From the NCBI GenBank assembly GCA_000432895.1, contig FR889447.1, forward strand, positions 20,182 to 84,181: a stretch of 64,000 nucleotides of DNA. Reading direction: 5' to 3'. Positions within the stretch are counted from its first letter, which is position 1; the number at the start of each line of letters is the position of its first letter. The translations under genes and the position numbers were made by a program. Positions 50,040 to 58,626 of this stretch are shown here, one piece after another. Source of the DNA: Firmicutes bacterium CAG:449. GTDB lineage: Bacteria; Bacillota_I; Bacilli_A; RFN20; CAG-449. The notes beneath the pieces are model-generated. The model worked only from the letters and a program-made list of their open reading frames with translations. It ran no database searches and was not told the origin of the DNA.

Positions 50040-51708
50040 TTTCTAAAGTGTCCTTTAATGAAAGAAGAGCAACTTTTGTTTCAGCAGCTGATTCACCTAA
50101 AAGCGAAGCAATTTCTTGAACTGCTCGCATGTTTTTTTCAATAACTTCGTTTGTAATCTCAACAGATTTACGAAGTGTTTCTTCTCTTTTTTGATAAGAT
50201 AATTCTGATTCAGTAATATCTTTCATGATGCAAATTAAAATATGAAATTTTTTATCATGAATAATAGTGTTATCAACATATTTATCATATTCGGAAAGAT
50301 ATTCTTTTTTTTCTAAAATTCCATTTTCTTCATCAAGAGCTTTTAAATAAGTACTTGGATCTAAAATGGTAGTAATGTTTTGTTTTAAAACAGTAGAAGG
50401 AGATTGAGCCTTTACTATTTTACACATTGATTCATTTATTAATTGTATATCTAAATTCTCATCTAAAACCATTAAACCATTTGGAGTATTATAAACAATT
50501 TTATCAGAGAATGATTGTGCTTTTTCCATTAAATATGGCAAACACATTTCTGGTATTGCTTTACCTTGAATTATTGCAATTGCTTTTTCGCGACATGAAT
50601 TATATCCACATGATCCACAATTAAGTTGAGCTTCTTTTTCATGTTTTCCCATTAAAAGCAAAGTTTTTTCAATTTCTGCTTCTGAAGGTGTTGCATGAGA
50701 AAGACTATATGGAGCGTGTTGAGAAAAAATATCTTGGCTACTAATTTTCATTAAGTCAAAATCTTTTGCTCCTGTTGTGTTTTCAATTGCTAAATAACTA
50801 GTAACAATACTTCTTGCTTTGTCTTTGATCATTGGTCCATTTACACAACTACCATGACAACTTGACATTTCAATAAAACATTTATGAATTTTTCCATGGA
50901 TAATATCTTCTAAAGCGTATCTAGCAGATTCGATTCCATCAATAGAAATGAATTTAAAATCTTGATTAGAGGTATCCATTGTTTTTAGGATACCTCCACA
51001 AGTAGGGAAGAATCGTGCTTTAGATTTATCAATAAGAATATTATCATCAGTTTCAATTATAATATTTTGTTGATCTAAAAATTCGTCTAATTCGGTAAAT
51101 GTTAAACATGCATCAATATAATTTTTATTTTTATCCGCTTCATCTTTTTTAGCTATGCATGGGCCAATAAAGACAACTTTTGCATCATCATATCTTGCTT
51201 TGATATCTTTACCATGAGCAAGCATTGGAGAAAGTACATTAGCTAAATAAGGTAAGGCTTCAGGGTAATATTTTTCAATTAAAAGATTTATTGAATGACA
51301 GCAGGAAGAAATAATTACATCATGTTGATCATTTAACATATTGTTATATGCATTTTTAACGATTGTTGCGCCAACAGCAGTTTCTTCTACATCATAAAAT
51401 CCTAATTGTAATAAAGCCTTTTTGATAGAATTTAAACTTACATTAGCGTAGTTAGAAATAAAACTTGGTGCTAATGAAACAATAACTTTTTTATTATTTG
51501 CAATTAAGTTTTTAACTTTATCGATATCATTTCTAACAATTTTTACTTTTTGTGGACACGCTAAATAGCATTTACCACATAAAATACAATCATCATGGAT
51601 AATTATTGCTTTATTATTGGTAAAAGAAATTGATTTAACAGGGCAATTACGTATACATTTATAACAATTTTTACAATTATTAGTTTTGCTTTCTAAACAA
51701 TAATCCAT
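50029..51708 (-). CDS. Putative sensory [FeFe]-hydrogenase (HydS/HfsB-like) with C-terminal PAS domain
   Basis: Two N-terminal CxxCxxCxxxCP motifs. H-domain motifs P1 ISSCCHS, P2 GPCIAKKDE and P3 EMSSCHGSCVNGP. Extra Cys cluster NCGSCGYNSC. Then a PAS-like fold of about 110 aa and a helical tail. Confidence 0.75.
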   Translation of the reverse strand: MDYCLESKTNNCKNCYKCIRNCPVKSISFTNNKAIIIHDDCILCGKCYLACPQKVKIVRNDIDKVKNLIANNKKVIVSLAPSFISNYANVSLNSIKKALLQLGFYDVEETAVGATIVKNAYNNMLNDQHDVIISSCCHSINLLIEKYYPEALPYLANVLSPMLAHGKDIKARYDDAKVVFIGPCIAKKDEADKNKNYIDACLTFTELDEFLDQQNIIIETDDNILIDKSKARFFPTCGGILKTMDTSNQDFKFISIDGIESARYALEDIIHGKIHKCFIEMSSCHGSCVNGPMIKDKARSIVTSYLAIENTTGAKDFDLMKISSQDIFSQHAPYSLSHATPSEAEIEKTLLLMGKHEKEAQLNCGSCGYNSCREKAIAIIQGKAIPEMCLPYLMEKAQSFSDKIVYNTPNGLMVLDENLDIQLINESMCKIVKAQSPSTVLKQNITTILDPSTYLKALDEENGILEKKEYLSEYDKYVDNTIIHDKKFHILICIMKDITESELSYQKREETLRKSVEITNEVIEKNMRAVQEIASLLGESAAETKVALLSLKDTLENDK

Positions 51709-51725
51709 TTAATTTCCCCTTAAAA

Positions 51726-51971
51726 TTAAATTTTACTTAATATATGGTTGTTGAAGAAATCGTTAAAGTTATCTAATGTAACTCCTGTAACAATTTCATC
51801 ATCAACTTTTATTGAAACACCAGAGATGCCACATTTGCCGAGGCAAAATGTGGCTTTAAGTGTAACTTTATCTTCTAAAGAATGTTCTTTGATAGCATTT
51901 TTTAATGCTTCAACAATATCATAACTTCCTTTTAAGTGGCATGAAGAACCAACGCAAACTAAGACTGTCAT
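51726..51971 (-). CDS. Thioredoxin-like [2Fe-2S] ferredoxin (NuoE/HndA-like; HfsA-like)
   Basis: 81 aa. CVGSSC (Cx4C) and CLGKC (Cx3C) ligand motifs. Confidence 0.65.
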   Translation of the reverse strand: MTVLVCVGSSCHLKGSYDIVEALKNAIKEHSLEDKVTLKATFCLGKCGISGVSIKVDDEIVTGVTLDNFNDFFNNHILSKI

Positions 51972-51972
51972 A

Positions 51973-54588
51973 TTAATTTCCTTTATAAGCTTTTCTTAAA
52001 ATTTCTTTCATGTCTTCAACAAGAGGAACACGTGGGTTAGCTGGTGAACATTGATCTTCATAAGCAAGAACAGCGATTTCATCAATCTTACTATTCCAAT
52101 CTTCTTCAGAAATACCCATTGCTTGGAAGTTAGGATCAAGATTAATTTCTTTCATTAAATCGTAAATTGCTTTGACTAATGAATTAACACCTTCTTCAGG
52201 AGTTGAAGCTTTTAATCCTAATAATTTAGAGATGTCTTGATATTTTTTATCTGCACAATAATGGTTGTATTTTGGCCATACAGATAATTTTGTTGGGACT
52301 TGACCATTATATTTAATAACGTGTGGTAATAAAACAGCACATGCATATCCGTGAACAGCATGGAATTCTGCGCCAACTTTATGAGCGAGTGAGTGAGTCA
52401 TACCAAGGAATGCATTAGCAAATGCCATACCTGCGATTGTTGCAGCATTATGCATTTTTTCACGAGCTTCTAAATCATCTTTACCATATTTAACTGCACG
52501 AGGTAAATATTCAAAGACCATCTTAATTGCTTGTAAAGCAAGACCATCTGTATAATCACTTGCTAAAACTGAAACATAAGCTTCAATAGCGTGAGTTAAA
52601 ACATCCATACCAGTCATTGCTGTTGATCTTGCTGGTAAGTTTGTTGTAAATTCAGCATCGACAATAGCAATTGTTGGAGTTAATGAGTAGTCTGTTAAAG
52701 GATATTTTTTGTTATTTGCTTTGTCTGAAATAACAGCGAATGGAGTTACTTCACTACCTGTACCAGAAGTTGTAGGAATACAAATGAGTTTTGATTTCTT
52801 TCCTAATTCAGGATATTTAAATGCTCTTTTACGAATATCCATGAATTTTTGTTTTAAGTCATCAAAGTTAACTTCTGGATGTTCATAGAATAACCACATA
52901 CCTTTAGCAGCATCCATTGGTGAACCACCACCAAGAGCAATAATTGTATCAGGTTTAAATGCGTTCATTAAACGAACACCACGTTTTACTGTTTCAATAT
53001 CTGGATCTGGTTCTACATCACAGAATAATTGAACTTGAACAGGATTTCTTCTTAAATTTAATTGTTCAGTAATTTTGTTAACAAAGCCAAAATCAACCAT
53101 TGATCTATCTGTAACAATAAAGACTTTATTTACATCTCTACATGCTTGTAAATATTGAATTGAATTTCTTTCGAAATAAATTTTTCTTGGTACTTTGAAC
53201 CATTGCATAGTATTTCTTCTTTTACCTACTTTCTTGACATTTAATAAGTTAACTGCACTGACGTTTCCACCAATAGAGTTACGTCCATAGCTACCACAAC
53301 CTAAAGTTAATGATGGTAAGAATGAGTTGTAAACATTACCGATTCCACCGAATGTTGAAGGTGAATTCCAAATAATACGCATAGCTTTAACTCTTTCGCC
53401 AAAGTCATCAGCCATTTTTTGTTCTTTACAATGAATTGCAGCACTATGACCTAAACCATTAAAGCAAACCATTTCTTCAGCAAATTTGAAACCTTCTTCT
53501 TCGTTCTTTGATTTTAATATAGCAAGTACTGGTGAAAGTTTTTCTCTTGTTAATGGTTCTTTTGGTCCAACAAAACTACATTCTGCAGCAAGAATAGCAG
53601 TATCTTCAGGTACTTCGAAACCAGCTTGTTCGGCAATCCAGTGTGCTGATTTACCAACAACATTTGGATTTAATTTAGCTTGTTCAACACCTTCTTCGTT
53701 TGTTGCATAACCAAACATAAATTTAGATAATTTAATTTTTTCTTCTTTATTAACAAAGTATGTTTTGAATCTAACAAATAATTTTTTAGCTTCTTGATAA
53801 ATTTCTTGATCGATAATTGCTGCTTGTTCACTAGCACAAATCATACCATTATCAAATGATTTTGATAAGACGATATCATTGACTGCTTGTTCAACATCAG
53901 CAGATTTATTAATATATGAAGGAACATTACCTGCACCAACACCCATAGCTGGTTTTCCACAACTATAAGCTGCTTTAACCATTGCGTTACCACCAGTAGC
54001 TAAAATTGTAGCGACACCTGTGTGATTCATTAAAGCGGTTGTAGCATCCATTGATGGATGTTCGATCCATTGAATACAATTCTTTGGAGCACCTGCTTTA
54101 ACTGCAGCTTCATACATTACTTGAGCAGCTGCTTTAGATGATTGTTGAGCATTTGGATGGAATGCAAAGATAATTGGATTTCTTGTTTTTAAACAAATTA
54201 AAGATTTAAAGATAACTGTAGAAGTTGGGTTAGTAACTGGAGTAATACCAGCAACAACACCAATTGGATCAGCAATTTCAGTAATTCCTGTAACAGGATC
54301 ACTAGAAATAACACCAACAGTTTTTAAATGTCTCATGTTATTTACAACGTATTCACATGCAAATAAGTTTTTAGTTGCTTTATCTTCAAAGACACCTCTT
54401 TTAGTTTCATCTATAGCAATTTTTGCTAATGAACCATGGTGATCAAGTCCAGCAACAGAACATTTTGCAACGATGTAGTCAACTTGTTCTTGATCAAGCT
54501 TTAAAAATTCGTCTAAAGCTTTTTGAGCATTTTTTACAAGTCCATCGACTTCTTCGAATGCGTTAATGTTTACGATTTTTTCACTCAT
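51973..54588 (-). CDS. adhE: Bifunctional acetaldehyde-CoA / alcohol dehydrogenase
   Basis: 871 aa. N-terminal ALDH domain and C-terminal iron-ADH domain (GGGSPMDAAK). 4-nt overlap with rex. Confidence 0.95.
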   Translation of the reverse strand: MSEKIVNINAFEEVDGLVKNAQKALDEFLKLDQEQVDYIVAKCSVAGLDHHGSLAKIAIDETKRGVFEDKATKNLFACEYVVNNMRHLKTVGVISSDPVTGITEIADPIGVVAGITPVTNPTSTVIFKSLICLKTRNPIIFAFHPNAQQSSKAAAQVMYEAAVKAGAPKNCIQWIEHPSMDATTALMNHTGVATILATGGNAMVKAAYSCGKPAMGVGAGNVPSYINKSADVEQAVNDIVLSKSFDNGMICASEQAAIIDQEIYQEAKKLFVRFKTYFVNKEEKIKLSKFMFGYATNEEGVEQAKLNPNVVGKSAHWIAEQAGFEVPEDTAILAAECSFVGPKEPLTREKLSPVLAILKSKNEEEGFKFAEEMVCFNGLGHSAAIHCKEQKMADDFGERVKAMRIIWNSPSTFGGIGNVYNSFLPSLTLGCGSYGRNSIGGNVSAVNLLNVKKVGKRRNTMQWFKVPRKIYFERNSIQYLQACRDVNKVFIVTDRSMVDFGFVNKITEQLNLRRNPVQVQLFCDVEPDPDIETVKRGVRLMNAFKPDTIIALGGGSPMDAAKGMWLFYEHPEVNFDDLKQKFMDIRKRAFKYPELGKKSKLICIPTTSGTGSEVTPFAVISDKANNKKYPLTDYSLTPTIAIVDAEFTTNLPARSTAMTGMDVLTHAIEAYVSVLASDYTDGLALQAIKMVFEYLPRAVKYGKDDLEAREKMHNAATIAGMAFANAFLGMTHSLAHKVGAEFHAVHGYACAVLLPHVIKYNGQVPTKLSVWPKYNHYCADKKYQDISKLLGLKASTPEEGVNSLVKAIYDLMKEINLDPNFQAMGISEEDWNSKIDEIAVLAYEDQCSPANPRVPLVEDMKEILRKAYKGN

Positions 54589-55235
54589 ATTTTTTCCTCC
54601 TGAAGTTTATTTTTTAGTTTATGAGAGATTACAGCAAGGGATGATGCTAAGTTTACATTTTCAATAACAATATCTTCATTAACATTTAAGTTAATTGGCG
54701 CAAAATTCCAAATTGCTTGAATTCCCGCATCAACAAGAAGATCTGCTACATATTGAGCTGCGCTTGATGGGGTGGTGATGATAGCAATTTTAACATTTAA
54801 TCTACCAACTAAATTTTTAAGTTTAGACATTGCAAAGATTGGCTTACCATTAATTTTTGTATCAATCTTTTGCGGATTAATATCAAATCCTGCAAGAATA
54901 TTTAAACCAAATTCTTTAAATCCTTCATATTTCATGAAAGCTTCACCAATACTTCCAACACCAACAATAATGGCATCATCAGTATTTTTATATCCTAAGA
55001 ATTGCTCAATATCATCAATTAGAACATTTATATCCCTTCCAAGATTTGGTTTTCCTTTCGTGGAAGTGATAGCTTGTAAATCTTTTTTTACTTGTTCTTC
55101 TGAAAATTTTAATGCTCTTGCAATTAATGGAGATGTGATATTAACTACTCCTGCATTTCGCATTGAAATTAAATATTTCAAGTAAATTGGATAACGTTGA
55201 ATTTGCTTGATTGAATAGTTTGGTACTTTATCCAC
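54585..55235 (-). CDS. rex: Redox-sensing transcriptional repressor Rex
   Basis: Collinear with B. subtilis Rex. Winged helix plus Rossmann GVGSIG. Classic rex-adhE pairing. Confidence 0.9.
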   Translation of the reverse strand: MDKVPNYSIKQIQRYPIYLKYLISMRNAGVVNITSPLIARALKFSEEQVKKDLQAITSTKGKPNLGRDINVLIDDIEQFLGYKNTDDAIIVGVGSIGEAFMKYEGFKEFGLNILAGFDINPQKIDTKINGKPIFAMSKLKNLVGRLNVKIAIITTPSSAAQYVADLLVDAGIQAIWNFAPINLNVNEDIVIENVNLASSLAVISHKLKNKLQEEKI

Positions 55236-55380
55236 TTAGCTCTCCTTTCGGTATTTTTTTACCGAGTACATTTTATCTTTAAATGTAATTTATTGTCAAT
55301 AAAAGTATAACAAATTTTATATGTTGTAGGCAATATATAAAATGTAAGCGATTTCATTAGACGTTAGTATTTTTTTATAA

Positions 55381-55423
55381 ACAAAAAAGACTATGAATTT
55401 CTAAATATCATAGTCTATTTTTG
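55381..55423. terminator. Bidirectional intrinsic terminator downstream of the feo operon
   Basis: A7 run, AGACTATGA, 11-nt loop, TCATAGTCT, then ATTTTT. Confidence 0.75.
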
Positions 55424-55427
55424 TCTT

Positions 55428-55604
55428 TTACTTATTGTATTTTTTGTGGTATGCTCTTACTAAATTGTTACCTTTTTTAGTATGACTACAGCAAGCACAA
55501 TCGCCAGTTGGTAAATGTTTCACTTTTCTATAAATATAACGACCAATAATAAATGCTAGAAATAGGAGGGTTAAAATAATAACAATTATTTCTATTGGTT
55601 GCAT
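55428..55604 (-). CDS. FeoB-associated Cys-rich small membrane protein (58 aa, 1 TM plus CxCC motif)
   Basis: Not in the ORF track. Translates to MQPIEIIVIILTLLFLAFIIGRYIYRKVKHLPTGDCACCSHTKKGNNLVRAYHKKYNK. Located 4 nt downstream of the feoB stop. Confidence 0.55.
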   Translation of the reverse strand: MQPIEIIVIILTLLFLAFIIGRYIYRKVKHLPTGDCACCSHTKKGNNLVRAYHKKYNK

Positions 55605-55608
55605 ATAT

Positions 55609-57861
55609 TTATTCTACAACTAATGGATGTTTTTTATTGTAAAAGTGAATACCAACGATAACTAATGCGATAACTGCAGCAAAGATAAATACTGTCCACC
55701 ACCATGAACCGATTACATAAATCATGCTAGAAACAATATATGATGTTCCAAGCCAAAATAAGATTGTTGTTAAGAATTTCTTTTTAGGTAATTCAGCTTT
55801 TGCTGTTGCACACGCTGCAAAGCAAGGAATAGTGGTCATATTGAATGCAATGAAAGAAATTAAAGCTGGAATTGTAATGCCAGTTCCTTGAATCATTGCA
55901 ACTGCTGCTGCAACATCTCCACCATCGACTTCAACATCAATAGAAGCACCGATAATACAAGCTGCAAGAGCACCGAATGTAGCAATAACATTTTCTTTGG
56001 CAATAAGACCTGTTAATGCTGCAACAACGAATACCCAACCAAATGTTTTTAATTGTGAACCAAAGCCAAGTGGTGTGAATAATGGTTGCAAGAATTTTCC
56101 TATACCGGCAAGTATAGATTGATCTATTTGTTCATCTTCAAGGAAATTAAATGTCCATGTGAAGTGAGATAGAACCCAAATTAAGATTGTGGAAGCAAGA
56201 ATAATTGTAAATGCTTTCTTAATAAAGTGTTTTGTTTTGTCCCATAGGTGAATCATTAATGATTTAAATTGAGGTGCATGGTAACTTGGAAGTTCCATAA
56301 TAAATGGTGGGACATCTCCACGCATTGTTGTATTTCTCATTAAGATAATAGTAACAATTGCTGTTACCATACCAAGTAAGTACATTGAATATGTAATTAA
56401 GTCAGCATTTCCTACATTGAAGAATTCAACAATACCACCAGCAATAGCGGTTAATATTGGTAATTTTGCTCCACATGAGAAGAAAGGAATAACTCTAATA
56501 GTAGCTGTTCTTTCATTATCATCAGCAAGAGTTCGAGTATTAATCATAGCAGGGACTGAACATCCAAAGCCCATAATCATTGGCATAAATGCTCGACCTG
56601 ATAAACCAAATTTTCTAAAGATACGATCAAGAATAAAAGCAACACGAGCCATATATCCAGAATCTTCAAGAATTGAGAAGAATAAGAATAAAACTAATAT
56701 TTGAGGTAAGAATCCTAAGACAGCAAATAATCCACCTAAAACACCATCACAAATAAAACCAGTGACCCAAACAGCGTTACCTTCACTAGGTAACCAACCT
56801 CTTACTACATCAGTAAACCATCCTGTAATAGAATTTAAAAGGTTAGCTAAGATTACTCCAGGTGAATTGATTCCAGCATCAGTGTAAAATAATCCTTCGA
56901 ATACTGTGCCACTAAAGCATGGCTCAACATCTGAGAAAAGTCCACCTAAGAAGAATAAATTTTCTGAGAATGTTAAATGGAATATAATAAATAAGATTAA
57001 TAAGAAGATAGGAATACCAGCCCATTTATTAGTTAATACTTTATCAATTTTGTCTGATTTAGTTAAAACTTCTTTTTCTTTTGTTTTAGTTAAAACTGAT
57101 GAGAAATTTTTTGAAATATATTTATATCTTTCATCAGCAACAATTGCTTCAAAATCTTTTCCAAAAGTATCATCAGAGAATGTATTTTTAAATTCTTCAA
57201 CCATTGGTAATAAATCTTGGTGTGCTTTTGTTTCTAATTCATCGAGTTCTACAAGTTTTACTGCATGAAAAAGTGAATTTTCGATATGTTGTCCTTTAAA
57301 AGCAATTTTAACATCGTTGATTAAATGAGCTAATTTGCTATCTTTTAAGACAGTTGTACCTTCTCTATAACCATGCTTAGAAGCAAGATAAGCAACTTCC
57401 ATTAATTTATTAATACCTTCTTCTTTTAAAGCGGATATTTCTACAACTGGAAGGCCAATTCTTTTTTCTAATTCTTTAGCGTTAATTGCTTCGCCTCTAT
57501 TTTTTACTTCATCCATCATGTTTAATGCGATAACCATAGGGACATCAATTTCCATTAATTGAGTAGTTAAATAAAGATTTCTTTCAAGGTTAGTTGCATC
57601 AACGATATTGATAATACAATTTGGTTTTTCATCAAGAATAAAGTTTCTTGAAATTACTTCTTCAGGAGTATATGGTGATAAAGAATAAATACCAGGTAAA
57701 TCAACAATGCTAATATGTTCTTCTAATTTTTTGTATGTACCTTCTCTTTTATCAACTGTAACTCCAGGCCAGTTACCAACATGAGCTGTTGAACCTGTTA
57801 AAGCGTTAAATAATGTGGTTTTACCACAGTTAGGATTACCTGCAAGTGCAAACTTTTTCAT
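55609..57861 (-). CDS. feoB: Ferrous iron transporter FeoB
   Basis: G-domain ALAGNPNCGKTTLFNALTG plus polytopic permease domain. Start set at MKKF, which has an AGGAGG RBS, rather than the upstream in-frame ATG. Confidence 0.9.
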   Translation of the reverse strand: MKKFALAGNPNCGKTTLFNALTGSTAHVGNWPGVTVDKREGTYKKLEEHISIVDLPGIYSLSPYTPEEVISRNFILDEKPNCIINIVDATNLERNLYLTTQLMEIDVPMVIALNMMDEVKNRGEAINAKELEKRIGLPVVEISALKEEGINKLMEVAYLASKHGYREGTTVLKDSKLAHLINDVKIAFKGQHIENSLFHAVKLVELDELETKAHQDLLPMVEEFKNTFSDDTFGKDFEAIVADERYKYISKNFSSVLTKTKEKEVLTKSDKIDKVLTNKWAGIPIFLLILFIIFHLTFSENLFFLGGLFSDVEPCFSGTVFEGLFYTDAGINSPGVILANLLNSITGWFTDVVRGWLPSEGNAVWVTGFICDGVLGGLFAVLGFLPQILVLFLFFSILEDSGYMARVAFILDRIFRKFGLSGRAFMPMIMGFGCSVPAMINTRTLADDNERTATIRVIPFFSCGAKLPILTAIAGGIVEFFNVGNADLITYSMYLLGMVTAIVTIILMRNTTMRGDVPPFIMELPSYHAPQFKSLMIHLWDKTKHFIKKAFTIILASTILIWVLSHFTWTFNFLEDEQIDQSILAGIGKFLQPLFTPLGFGSQLKTFGWVFVVAALTGLIAKENVIATFGALAACIIGASIDVEVDGGDVAAAVAMIQGTGITIPALISFIAFNMTTIPCFAACATAKAELPKKKFLTTILFWLGTSYIVSSMIYVIGSWWWTVFIFAAVIALVIVGIHFYNKKHPLVVE

Positions 57862-57862
57862 C

Positions 57863-58099
57863 TTAATCCTCCTTAACAAGCATTGTAACTAACTCTGCTT
57901 CTGTCTTTCTAAGTGTTAATTCGTATCCACGAATAGTAACTTCAATTGGATCACCTAGAGGAGCTTTTTTTCTTAAAATAACATCAGCGCCAGGAGTGAC
58001 ACCCATATCGAATAATCTTCTACGGACTCTTCCTTCCCCAATAACACTTTTAATTGTTCCTTTTTCTCCAACTAGAAATTCATTTAGTTTTTTCTCCAT
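57863..58099 (-). CDS. feoA: FeoA domain protein (copy 2)
   Basis: 78 aa from MEKKLNEFLVGEKGTIKSV...RRRLFDMGVTPGADV... SH3-like FeoA fold. Confidence 0.75.
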   Translation of the reverse strand: MEKKLNEFLVGEKGTIKSVIGEGRVRRRLFDMGVTPGADVILRKKAPLGDPIEVTIRGYELTLRKTEAELVTMLVKED

Positions 58100-58115
58100 A
58101 AAATTCCTTCTTTCT

Positions 58116-58328
58116 TTATGCAACAAGTATTTTTGTTGACAAATTACTATCAAGAGCTAAACGTCCATCTTTAACAATGCAAATGACATTTCCTCCTGAT
58201 TTGGATAAGACTTTAATTGTGGAATTAATAGTAATTCCTAAACTTTCAAGATGCTTTTTAGTTTTTTCATCTGCAAGAATTTTAACAACTTTTAAGTCTT
58301 GATCTAATGGTGCTAAAACGATTGGCAT
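58116..58328 (-). CDS. feoA: FeoA domain protein (copy 1)
   Basis: 70 aa. LKVVKILADEKTKKHLESLGITINSTIKVL...GNVICIVKDGRLAL. Confidence 0.7.
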   Translation of the reverse strand: MPIVLAPLDQDLKVVKILADEKTKKHLESLGITINSTIKVLSKSGGNVICIVKDGRLALDSNLSTKILVA

Positions 58329-58626
58329 AATAATTTCCTTTCAACACATAGTTAGCTTTATCTAACTTTAAGTTAATTATAACTAACTGTTTTAAGATAA
58401 TTCAATACTTTTCAATTATTTTTAATAAATAATAAATGTGAATAAATAATACATTTTATATAGTTATTAATATAAAATAAGTGATTATTTATGTAAAAAA
58501 TTAATTGAATATATAATAAATATATAAAAAAATAATATCAGTATTGAAAATATTAATTTTTTAAAAATTTTATTATCACATTTTTTTTCTTGAATATATA
58601 ATATTGATAAATATTCGAGGATTTTT

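Noticed and set aside
55290-55312. TTGTCAATAAAAGTATAACAA as a possible Rex operator upstream of rex-adhE
   Set aside because: The symmetry is TTGT-N13-ACAA. Rex boxes are TTGTGAA-N4-6-TTCACAA (TTGT-N10-ACAA). The TTGACAA half is better explained as the -35 of a minus-strand promoter (TTGACA-18-TAAAAT). A matrix scan would be needed to be sure.
58400-58626. Possible Fur box in the feo promoter region (e.g. ATTGATAAATATTC at about 58597)
   Set aside because: The region is about 85% AT, and only partial TGATAA half-sites are seen. No 7-1-7 or 19-bp palindrome is convincing without a scoring matrix.
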